From NCBI GenBank assembly GCA_030167865.1, contig JALAGF010003400.1, forward strand, positions 59,691-79,690: DNA of 20,000 bases. The letters are read 5' to 3'. Shown in pieces: positions 8,587 through 17,845 of the stretch. The DNA comes from Craspedostauros australis. Its lineage: Eukaryota. Each line of letters begins with the position of its first letter. The first letter of the stretch is position 1. Made by a program: the position numbers and the translations under genes. Under the pieces are notes generated by a model. The model was not told the DNA's origin. It ran no database searches and saw nothing but the letters and a program-made list of their open reading frames with translations.

Positions 8587-9795
8587 CTATTGCATCAAAG
8601 CCAAAGGTGACAGCGTGCCGCAGCCGGGACAGTACACGAGATGCGTATCGGTCCGCGTCATGAGGAACTTGTCGCAACCGACGCACCGCAGCACCGTGGT
8701 GCGGCCGTCGTTAGCTGCGGACAAGACTCTTTGCTGGTCGAGGATCTTTATGCCGCGCAGGACTGGGTTGGCGTCGAGCATCGCCTCGGACCACAAAGTA
8801 TCATGCGGCGATGCGGAAGACGATGTTGCAGCCGCCTGCGAGGCGCGTGTGCGTCCGCAGTCGTGCGTCGCTTGATGCATGGCGCGACGATGCCCGCACG
8901 ATTGATCCTGCACGGAAGGGCCGCTGTCGCAAGACTCCTCCCATTGCAGCGATGGGACGCTGGATGCGTTGCTGAGCCACGATTGTCGCGAGGGGACCTT
9001 GCAGTCCTCGAAGACGCGCTGGATGTCGAAGTGTTCGTGGTCCTTGAAGCATGCCTCGAGGCTGCGCCGTGGGTACATCTCGCCTTTCTGTCGCAGCTCC
9101 CGCGTGTGCGTCGCCGCAGGCTTGCTGTCTCCCTGCCAGTTGGTTGGCATGGGCAACGAACGCTGACTGGTGGCGGCTTGCGTCGCTGCCGTTCTTGCCT
9201 CGCCCACCTGCGTGGCATGCAGCTGCTGCGCCTGCCGATGCAGCGATGGGATGGCGAGCGCGTGCTGCAAGTGCCGCTTGTCCAAGGGCAGGCACGACGA
9301 CGTGATGAAGTCGACCTTGTCCCTGCCGAGGCATTGGCGCGGCATGCTCATGTGATGGTCCTCCTCGACATCCACCTCGTCCGCCATGAGGCTGTTCGTG
9401 TTGAGCTGCAGCGACGAGAACCAGTGCACCCGCATCTGCTGTTGCGTGTACGACATGCGGCGGCAGTGCGGTCCCTGCACGGACATGTGTCGCGATCGCG
9501 GCTGCGATGGGAATGCTCGATCGCTGCCGCCGTGCAGGGCTTCCTGGCCAACCGAGCTGCGTTGGGTCTCGTCGCTGTCATCGTAGAGGTAGCTGGCGCC
9601 CAAGAGCCGGCTGTAGCTGTGCGAGAAAGGGTGCGCTGCTGGGGTTGGGGCTTCCATTGTCTGTGCTGTCCGTGCTGTCCGTGCTGTCTGCGTTGTATGC
9701 GTTGTATGGGTTCTTGCTGAAGATGAAGATGATGGTGATGCAGCTGCTGTTGTTCTTATGGATCGTGCCGATTCATGTCCGAAGATGGCGTACAT
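8587..9795 (-). CDS. Hypothetical low-complexity protein, about 400 aa, with a C-terminal Cys4 zinc ribbon (alternative start 9657)
   Basis: Long ORF. The first ATG is at 9795 (the ORF-track start at 9849 is TTG). It ends in 'VLRCVGCDKFLMTRTDTHLVYCPGCGTLSP' (CxxC-x14-CxxC). The rest is S/Q/A/T/H-rich and probably disordered. Confidence 0.7.
   Translation of the reverse strand: MYAIFGHESARSIRTTAAASPSSSSSARTHTTHTTQTARTARTAQTMEAPTPAAHPFSHSYSRLLGASYLYDDSDETQRSSVGQEALHGGSDRAFPSQPRSRHMSVQGPHCRRMSYTQQQMRVHWFSSLQLNTNSLMADEVDVEEDHHMSMPRQCLGRDKVDFITSSCLPLDKRHLQHALAIPSLHRQAQQLHATQVGEARTAATQAATSQRSLPMPTNWQGDSKPAATHTRELRQKGEMYPRRSLEACFKDHEHFDIQRVFEDCKVPSRQSWLSNASSVPSLQWEESCDSGPSVQDQSCGHRRAMHQATHDCGRTRASQAAATSSSASPHDTLWSEAMLDANPVLRGIKILDQQRVLSAANDGRTTVLRCVGCDKFLMTRTDTHLVYCPGCGTLSPLALMQ
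9659..9710. repeat. Short degenerate 9-bp tandem repeat ((y)gtgctgtc x3, then tgcgttgta x2) encoding THTTHTTQTARTARTAQT on the minus strand
   Basis: Seen directly in the sequence. Confidence 0.7.
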
Positions 9796-11166
9796 GGCGG
9801 GGATTGTGGGATCTTCATGGAACGATGACTGCGTTCTGTGCTCGCCCAAGGATTGTGGCTCCGAGTGGAGTATGATCTGCTGCTATTGCGCTTTGGTGGA
9901 TTGCGTGCGGGAGCACATGACCAGAAGAACGCACTCTTGGTATCACTTGTACCGTGTCGTGGTTGGTGATGAACCACGACAGAAACAAGTTGGGTACTAC
10001 TACGTCTGTTGGTACGACCATGTCCTTCTGGGTGCATGGTGGACTGCGCTATTTGCTTCTTGCCGAGAATCCCAAACCGTCGGGTGCGTGGTTTGGTGGC
10101 AAGTCTTGAGAAGCGATTCTTCGTGATTTGTTGCGTTCCGTTTGAGATTGGCGCCTTCTTGCTCTCCTTGGTTGGGCGTCACCCTTTCTTCGCGCGTTTC
10201 GCGTTGGTTGTCAAGTGAACCACACACGGAGCGCGATCGTTCAACGAATCAACAAAACCCCCGCCAAAAAATGTCTCGATCTCACATGGTGGTTGGATGT
10301 CACAAAGAGAAACTGGGACACTTTCGGTGGCCTTCCTCTTTCTTATCGTGTGCTATGTCCTCATGATTGTGGAGCAGAACAGCCATCGTTATCCACGTTG
10401 GCACCACCCGACTTCGCCTTCATCGTCCACGGTTGCTTCGGCTTCCAATCCTTTTCCTTGCTATTGGAAGACCAGCAGAGAAGTGTTCCACTGCTCTTTG
10501 GCACCAGGTACCTGAAAAACATCGACACGAATCAAGAAACAGAAACAAATAGCCTGGGCTGATTATTGCGGCTTGGCTGTCCCAATACCAGCAAGAAGAT
10601 GACCCCTAACAGTGTGCTTGTGCGATTGCAAAGTGGCACATTGCTATACCAGTGTGGCGGAACCCTTTTTTCTGGTTCTTTGTTCCTCAACCAAAGGATA
10701 TGCGTACATAGAATATTATAGACTACATTATAATAGCACAGTCTACAACACCGCGGAGAGTGCTCTGGAGCGAACAGCAGCAGCAGGGGCGGAACGCTGT
10801 CGAATCTGGGCCACCAGCGAAAGGCTCGTCCCTGCTGTGGTGCATGTAGCAGCAGGAGCCGCAGCTACGGCCGCTTCCTCTCGTGCTATAGCAATGGTTG
10901 TGATGAAGCAGCTCGTAGCGTACTGGTGGAGTATTGGGCAGTGACACTCTGCGAGCTAGTGCAGGTGTTTAGTCGGGTCTGCTCTGTCGTTCCGTCTCGA
11001 AGGCGTCGTTCCGTTCTTGCGACTGAATTCTCCGTGTCTAGCTCCATCCTGGAGTCTACGAAGGAGGAAATGTCACTTGGACGAGGACACGCAAAATTCG
11101 CCGAACAATGATCCTCAGCAACCAAGCCTCTGAAAGCCCCACGGCTCCGGCTCTGGATCACTTTCA

Positions 11167-12606
11167 ATGCGTTGCTTACTCTATACTTCCGTGAGAGTCA
11201 CAACAGCAACCACATCAACAGCAACAGTACCACCAACAGCAATAACACACAGCACGAAAGGCGCAGTGCATTCGGGCGTTGACGATGGCGCTACGACTCA
11301 CAATCGGCAAATGAATCCCGACGATGGTGTTGACGGCAAAGATTGCAGCGACCAGATCACCGGCTCCAACATGGAATGCGATTCGTTCGTGCCAACAGAT
11401 CGCATACTGGCAGGCCTCTCACCATCCTTCTGGGCTCACGTTCCGATGAACATCCACGATATTTTGAATCTCGAGCTCATCGACGGCATCAACTACAGGT
11501 TCGTGGTGATGGCGGTGGGCGACAAAGGCTCTTCGGTGGCGAATACGAACACGTACGCGAGCAAAGGAGCGCCAGTATGCGCCGGCCTCCCGAATCGGAT
11601 CAGCGCTGTCGATCAAGATGGTGACGCAAGTTCACCCCAGCACACCCGGATAGCTATCGCCGAGGGCGGAAGTGGCATGAAAGAAAGCACCCAACAAATG
11701 CACGCCAGTCCTTCTGCGAGGAATCCGCCGAAGGCATTGCATCATGCGTATACCCGTGAGCACGTCTGCAATGAGGAAGCGGCCAATGAGGTTGAGCATG
11801 AAAAGCACGGATTTCATGGGAGCCATGACACCCATACAAGCGACGCTGACAAATGCAACAGCCAGAACGAACACGGACATCCACTCGAGTACGCGTACCG
11901 AATCGTCCCTGTCAGCAAGTGTTCGCTGGTCGGGTTCATCGTTGCCGTGGATATCAAGCCATCTGGCCGTGTGTATGTCCTGGACGATGGGACCGGCTTG
12001 ATCGATTGCTTTCATTGGTTGGGAGCTGGCCATCACCAGTTCCGGCTGCCCTATTTGCTGCGCGATCAAGGAGACGCCGATCCGATAGATTGCAACGAGC
12101 AACAATCCAAGCTGCCATTTGCGGTTGGCGATCACGTGACGATCTTCGGCAAGATCAAGAACCATTGCGTTGTGGACAGGATCAATGAGCACGCCATGTC
12201 GGATGTGAGCGAATCCATCCCAACGGGCGCAGACGAGGGTTCGGCTGACGATCATGATGCCTGGACGCGTTGGGACTGCGGCCATGGCGCGTCTATCCCA
12301 TCTTCCGTTTGTATCCGGGAGATCGACATCATCCAGATCGAGCATACGAACGTATCCAACAATTACGCCGAAGCTGCCGCATATTCGATCTTTGGCTGCG
12401 CCGTAAACACAAGCATCGATGTGAATGCCACTATCGGCCCGATATCACTTGATGAAGAGCGAGCACATTGGTCGTCGATCGAAGAGCAGCTGGAGTCCAT
12501 GTCGGATTCATCGACGCCGCTTAATGGACTGGAATGGCTGGAGTGGTTGGGCCCGCGTGCTACCGAGCATGTGCACAATGACCAGAGCCAACGCAAAGCC
12601 AAATGA
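11167..12606 (+). CDS. STN1: OB-fold ssDNA-binding protein, STN1 (CST complex)-like, with large insertions. The true start may be 11311 or 11371
   Basis: STN1/RPA2-type OB motifs in order: 'LAGLSPSFWAHVPMNIHDIL' (compare human STN1 LWGLDPVFLAFAKLYIRDIL), 'PVSKCSLVGFIVAV', 'YVLDDGTGLIDCFHW', 'VGDHVTIFGKIK', 'REIDIIQIE', 'DEERAHW'. The N-terminal motif favours STN1 over RPA32. Confidence 0.78.
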   Translation: MRCLLYTSVRVTTATTSTATVPPTAITHSTKGAVHSGVDDGATTHNRQMNPDDGVDGKDCSDQITGSNMECDSFVPTDRILAGLSPSFWAHVPMNIHDILNLELIDGINYRFVVMAVGDKGSSVANTNTYASKGAPVCAGLPNRISAVDQDGDASSPQHTRIAIAEGGSGMKESTQQMHASPSARNPPKALHHAYTREHVCNEEAANEVEHEKHGFHGSHDTHTSDADKCNSQNEHGHPLEYAYRIVPVSKCSLVGFIVAVDIKPSGRVYVLDDGTGLIDCFHWLGAGHHQFRLPYLLRDQGDADPIDCNEQQSKLPFAVGDHVTIFGKIKNHCVVDRINEHAMSDVSESIPTGADEGSADDHDAWTRWDCGHGASIPSSVCIREIDIIQIEHTNVSNNYAEAAAYSIFGCAVNTSIDVNATIGPISLDEERAHWSSIEEQLESMSDSSTPLNGLEWLEWLGPRATEHVHNDQSQRKAK

Positions 12607-13236
12607 TGTTGCCCGAGTCTACACGCGTACTCGTGGAGGATATCATCATCTGCAATGCTACATGGAGTACTCTACCTGCGAGGACCTTGCCGTAGTGCGA
12701 AGATACACCAACAGAAGCCCCTTCTTTCTCACTCCGTCTCAATCCTGTTCATTCCTCCTTGCACTCGTGCTCGCGTACTGACATCACGATGTCTACCTTC
12801 TTACTATCTGATGATGGCTACTATACTCTATAAGTATCGATTGATTGGGCTTTCAACATTGAACAAGAGAAGAAGGCAGGGAGTCACCAACACTGCACCT
12901 CCAAGCACATCTCTATGGAATCGTTCTGCTCTGCTCTACTTCCGAATGTTGCCGTACGACTGGTCGCGGCGCTCTGATTGGGTCATTTCAGGTCGTGGTT
13001 ACCCAAACCCTGGGTGATTGGCTGACACGTGGAAGAACAAGATCGCGGAATTCAAGAAACTCTGTGAGAAACATCAACATCAACACACAACCTCTTCGCG
13101 GTTTTCCATCTCCTCGCCTCACACGTTACTTCGCGTCACATCCCCCAGCAAACGACCATACCACCCTCCGACACTCGCACATCGACACTTCAGCATACGA
13201 GTGCATCACAACAACAGCAGCAGCCGCACGAACCGA

Positions 13237-14866
13237 ATGAACCCTCCCAAGATGATGACCATGCTGTGGAGACGGCACTCCCGGATCTTGTTCGTAGCCG
13301 GAGCGTTGGCATCCCATGTCGTGGCGAGCGTTGCCAACAGCAAACCTGCAAAACCGCCGTTGGTGTCGACAGGCCTCAGGAACTTGGGCAACACATGCTA
13401 CATGAATGCGCAGCTTCAGTGCGCCTTCCATATCCCTGCCGTGCGACGATTGGCAACGCAACCAGCGAAGGCTGCATTGACGATCGATGAAAGCAACGAC
13501 GAAGGAGAGGAAGAGAGCGCGGATGCAAACGCTGTCGCAGAGGAACAGGAATGCAATGCCGAGGACCTTCCACAGCAGCAGGAACAGGAACAGGAACAGG
13601 AGCAATCTACAGAACGCACCACCATCAAACAAATACCCGCTGAATCGGTCGCGGCCACGGTGTTCCGAGAATTGATCGAGGAAATGCAGAATGCGGCGAT
13701 CGCAAATGGCGCACCGATCCAACCACGATCTTTCAGCCAGAAGCTTGGAATCCCCGTGATGGTGCAGCAGGATGCACAAGAGTTTTGGAAACTGCTGTTG
13801 CCTGCCGTCGACAATGAAGATCTGACGGATCTGTACAAGGGATGCTTTGAGGATTACATCACGGCGTTGGATGGCTCTGGGAGGGAAAGACGGCGTCAGG
13901 AGGTCTTTCTGGATTTATCCTTGGATGTCGCTGGCAGGTACGTTGCGATTCAATGTCGTTGCGTTCGTGTCCGTGTTTGCAGGCAGTAATGCGCAGCATG
14001 CATTGCGCCATCGTTGTGTTTGTTCGTGTTCGTATGCGTGTGCTGCTGTCTTGTTTTCGTATGACGTCGACGTACCATACTAGCAATGTACGTGATGTTT
14101 TGCGCAAATGCAAGGCATATTAGCATATCTCTCATCTACGCACTCCCTGGTGAAAACTTGATGGCTTACGCCTACTTGTTTGCCCAATTCCAAATGTATT
14201 CGTTTACCGAACACCAGCTCGAGCCTGGAGCACAGCATTACCAAAGCATTCATGAAGCCAGAATTGCTTAGCGTTGCCGAGGGGAATGGCTGGAGACCCG
14301 AAAAAGGCGCGGACAAAGTAGATGCGCACAAAGGATGGTCTTTGATCACCGCAGGTCTTCCACCCATCCTGCAGGTACATCTCAAACGTTTCAACTACGA
14401 TTGGATGACAGACAAGACCACTAAACTGCATGACAAGCTGTCGGCCCCGCTCCTCCTTGATTTGGCGGTCTTCGCGAAGCCCGTGGACTCGACGGAGGAA
14501 AAAGGCGCCGACGACAAATCAAACAAGAGTGGCACCATCTACCATCTGCAATCGATCGTCGTGCATGCTGGAGAATATGGCGCCGGCCACTACTATGCCT
14601 ACGTGCGACCGGATGTGCGTGTGAACAAGTGGTACCGATTCAACGACCACAGTGTGGAACAGGTCGCTCCCATAGAGGTCGCGACGGATGTATCTCTCGC
14701 CGGATGGAGCACTGCCCGTTTCCCTGGAGGCTTCCTATCCAGGATAGGCAGATTATTCAATCGAATAGTGGGTGGCAAGCGCTTCAGCGGATGGGGTGGT
14801 GCAAAAAGCAGCGCGTACGTTCTACAATACATACGCGAATCGGACATCCCACACCTGTACGATTGA
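13237..14866 (+). CDS. Ubiquitin-specific protease (peptidase C19, USP7/UBP12-like catalytic core), 449 aa, join(13237..13937, 14218..14866), with a signal-peptide-like N-terminus
   Basis: Cys box GLRNLGNTCYMNAQLQ, QQDAQEF box, FLDLSLDV, LPPILQVHLKRF, His box VHAGEYGAGHYYAYVR..WYRFND, and SAYVLQY. The GTACGT donor at 13938 and ACCAG acceptor at 14217 join AG|C in frame. The first ATG is at 13237 (the ORF-track start at 13018 is TTG). Confidence 0.93.
13938..14217 (+). other. Spliceosomal intron, 280 bp, phase 2
   Basis: GTACGT...CACCAG. Removing it fuses the two halves of the USP domain. Confidence 0.88.
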
Positions 14867-15291
14867 GTCGATGACCACGGGAATTACAGAGCCGGCAGCT
14901 AGACCATGGGCAATCAAGTTCGAGACTCATTTGAAACCGCTCCGTCCCTCTCCTGGCGGAGATCAATGGTGCTTGACCATACTCGCATTTTACCATGTCG
15001 ATCATCACTCCATTGCCTGATGTCGATGCCAAGTGTGACGAAGGCCAGCCAAAGGAGCCCGTCTATACATACCGGTTGGCTTCAGAATGAAATTGCGTGA
15101 ATACGAGCATTCCACTCCATCACGATGACAGCAACGGCAACATGAATATGAAAGCAGCAACACTGGAACACTCAGGATGCACTGCAGCGAAGTAGCCTAG
15201 AGTATACGCTGCAACATCACCATAGTTATGTTTTGATTGTATCAATAAGTATGGTTCTATCGACGAGCATTTGAAGTATCATACTTTACGA

Positions 15292-16872
15292 TTACTCTGC
15301 GAAGATATCGTCACGTTCCGATTCACCGTCTGGCCAAATGGCCTTGGATATTCGTCGCATGTCCTCCGGCAAAGGCGCCTGAAACGACAAAGATTTGCCA
15401 GTAATAGGATGATCAATCTCCAACCTCCATGCGTGCAGCAAGGGCCGTTCGATCTTGTGAGTCTTCATCAACCGCTTGTTCCAATCCGGCAGGCCGTACA
15501 CCTCGTCACCGTAGACCGGCGTGCGGCGATCCGACAGATGCACACGAATCTGATGCGTCCTGCCGGTTTCGATGCGAACCTGAACGAGAGCGAGTTTGCT
15601 ATCAAATGCCTGCATGTCGACGAACGACAATGCCCTTCGCCCGGCCTGCGACGGTGGAAGAGGCCGGGAGGACATCGGCACCCTGCCTCGTGACTGGAGA
15701 CTTCCAGACTTATGATGATCCGGCACCACTCTCATCTTCTGCCGATGTACTGGGTGTCGACCAATGGGCTTGTCGATGACAACGCGCTTGCCTGGATTGC
15801 CTACCGTGATTGCGAGATACGTCTTTCGGACCTTCCTGCCTGCAAAGGAGGCGGAAAGAGCCGCCAACGCTTCCGTTGTCTTGGCCACGATCAAAATGCC
15901 CGTCGTCCCCTTGTCCAACCGATGCACGATGCCAGGGCGGAAGGACGGCTCTTCATCATCATCATCATCATCATCTTCATCATCGTCGTCGTCATTGTCG
16001 CTGTCTTCTTCGTCGATGACATCGGTATCATCATGCAATTTCTCGCTGGTTTGGAGGGAAGATGATGGTTCACCTGCTTCAAGGATATCGCCCTTCCCGT
16101 AGGCGCTTCTCGGGAGGTAGTATGCCAATGCGTTGACCACGGTGCCATCCCAGTTGCCAACGGCAGGGTGGACCACCATCCCCGCTGCCTTGTTCAGGAC
16201 GATCATGTGCTCGTCTTCGAACAGAATACTCAATGGCAACTCCTGCGCCACGATCTCTGACAGTTCTCTCGTCTTCACGATGGTCAACCGCAGCTCATCG
16301 CCTTTGGAGACCTTGAAAGATTTGCGATCGATGACGGTTGCCTGGCCGTCGTTCATCAGTGCCACATTCCCGTCGATCACCATCTTTCCACACACGGAAC
16401 GTGATAGGCCGTCATCGACCTTGGCGATGGCTGCGTCGATTCTCTTGTTATGGAGCTCTGGTGGCACGGTGAAGTACCGTACTTCGTCGTTGTCAACACT
16501 CGATTCGTCGCAATCTTGCTCGTCAGCATCCCCAGTCTCGCTTGAGGTCTCGGCATTGGTATTCTGTGGGACGGAGCTGACCGCTCTATCCAGTTTCCTC
16601 TCCAATGCCTCGATGCTGGCCAGGTCGAATGCCGCACTTGGTGGCGGTTTGGCTTGCAGGGCCGTCGATGCGGACCGATGCTGACAAGATATTGGCACTG
16701 GATTCCTGACGTTGTCTGCATTTGCATACCGGAATCTTGGGACGATCTGATGGCTTCGTGGAGAAATGAGAGTGAACGCTTCAGCCTGTTGCTCGTGATT
16801 TTGTACGAACAGGGCCAACGCCACGACAATTGCGGCAGGCACGGATCGAAGCATCCTGCTTGAAGCGACCAT
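15292..16872 (-). CDS. rluD: RluA/RluD-family rRNA pseudouridine synthase with S4 domain, plastid-targeted (bipartite presequence), 526 aa
   Basis: S4-like 'KRIDAAIA...LSRS', 'ILFEDEHMIVLNKAAGMVVHP', catalytic 'RPGIVHRLDKGTTG', 'ETGRTHQIRVH', 'PVYGDEVYG' and 'LHAWRL..HP'. The N-terminus is a signal peptide ending AEA|FTL (ASAFAP-type), then an S/R-rich transit peptide ending 'STALQA'. The first ATG is at 16872. Confidence 0.93.
   Translation of the reverse strand: MVASSRMLRSVPAAIVVALALFVQNHEQQAEAFTLISPRSHQIVPRFRYANADNVRNPVPISCQHRSASTALQAKPPPSAAFDLASIEALERKLDRAVSSVPQNTNAETSSETGDADEQDCDESSVDNDEVRYFTVPPELHNKRIDAAIAKVDDGLSRSVCGKMVIDGNVALMNDGQATVIDRKSFKVSKGDELRLTIVKTRELSEIVAQELPLSILFEDEHMIVLNKAAGMVVHPAVGNWDGTVVNALAYYLPRSAYGKGDILEAGEPSSSLQTSEKLHDDTDVIDEEDSDNDDDDDEDDDDDDDEEPSFRPGIVHRLDKGTTGILIVAKTTEALAALSASFAGRKVRKTYLAITVGNPGKRVVIDKPIGRHPVHRQKMRVVPDHHKSGSLQSRGRVPMSSRPLPPSQAGRRALSFVDMQAFDSKLALVQVRIETGRTHQIRVHLSDRRTPVYGDEVYGLPDWNKRLMKTHKIERPLLHAWRLEIDHPITGKSLSFQAPLPEDMRRISKAIWPDGESERDDIFAE
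15953..15995. repeat. (TCA/TCG)n trinucleotide microsatellite encoding a poly-Asp tract in the pseudouridine synthase
   Basis: tcatcatcatcatcatcatcatcttcatcatcgtcgtcgtcat is seen directly. Confidence 0.85.
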
Positions 16873-17845
16873 GTGGATGACGGTATGCAACACTCTTCAA
16901 TTCCGCGGGCTCCGTCTTGCTCCAGCGATGGAAAGATACAGTGGTGGAAGGTACGCGAGCACAGATCATGCAAGTAAAAGTGTTGATGGGGAGGATGGCG
17001 AAGAGTGACAGCGCACGGTTCACACCAACAACGCCGACAGAAATCGTGGTTGGTGGTGGTGATGGGTCACCTTTTGTTCTTTTTTCGGAGAACGAGAAAT
17101 GGATGACCTTGAGGGCTCAACCAGTCTGTCCAACCAACCGGGAGAAAGGCTCGGTTCTCCAGAAATGATGATCGAATGAGTCGTAGCGTGGAACTTTCGA
17201 GAGAGAGAGATGCGCATGTCTGGAATCGCGAACAACACAAATCCCAACGGACGCAAAGACGCAACGACGGCCTCTGATGGGGGAGACACAAACCAAAGAG
17301 AGACAAGGGCATGGACACAAGCACGAGCATCAGCATGAGCAAGCACATCCTCCCCGCTCGTGTTGACTCCGACATTTTGCATAATTCCACGCTCGCAGGA
17401 TCCTCGGTTGTCTCCACGTTCCAAGAATGTTGGTATTACACAATGATGACTTCCGACACCTGCGCCCACGATCATCTTTCTCCTTGTGTGGCCACAGCCG
17501 GCCACAGCCACGATCACGGCTACGTTCAAGCCGATGTTCATGCCCAAGCCCAAGCTGATAGGGGTGATCACAGAGCAGCATCGCAGCAACAACGTGAAAT
17601 GAGAAAGGATAAACATCACCGGACAACAATCAACGCAATGCCATGCACGCTGCGTGGAACGGAGCATGCGATACCACCACCAACGACCATGAAGCAGAAC
17701 ATGATCGCTTCATAAAAGCAGATAGAGATGAGATCAAGGGACTACGATCACCCAAGCAAGCATCCAAATCACATCGGAAAAAAAAAACAGTCGCATTGAC
17801 CTGATCCGAGCAACGAGCCATCCCATCTCGAAACACAGCTCCATC

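Noticed and set aside
8641-9720. 359-aa + strand ORF and other overlapping ORFs (8748-9218, 8801-9334)
   Set aside because: Antisense or alternative-frame shadows of the GC-rich zinc-ribbon gene. They are Arg/Leu-rich and have no motifs.
10612-11167. Short Cys/Ala-rich ORFs on both strands upstream of STN1
   Set aside because: They are fragmentary, in inconsistent frames and driven by gca/gct low-complexity sequence, with no convincing splice model.
11167-12606. Alternative call as RPA32/RPA2
   Set aside because: The N-terminal 'GL.P.F.A.V...I.DIL' motif is STN1-like, and RPA32's N-terminal G/S-rich phosphorylation region and C-terminal winged helix are not evident.
13018-13236. N-terminal extension of the USP ORF given in the ORF track
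   Set aside because: It starts at TTG, not ATG. The CA-rich sequence looks like promoter or 5' UTR.
17311-17715. 134-aa His-rich + ORF (and the antisense 215-aa ORF 17020-17667) between rluD and the ankyrin gene
   Set aside because: No recognisable domain. It lies in a divergent promoter interval and cannot be supported without expression data.
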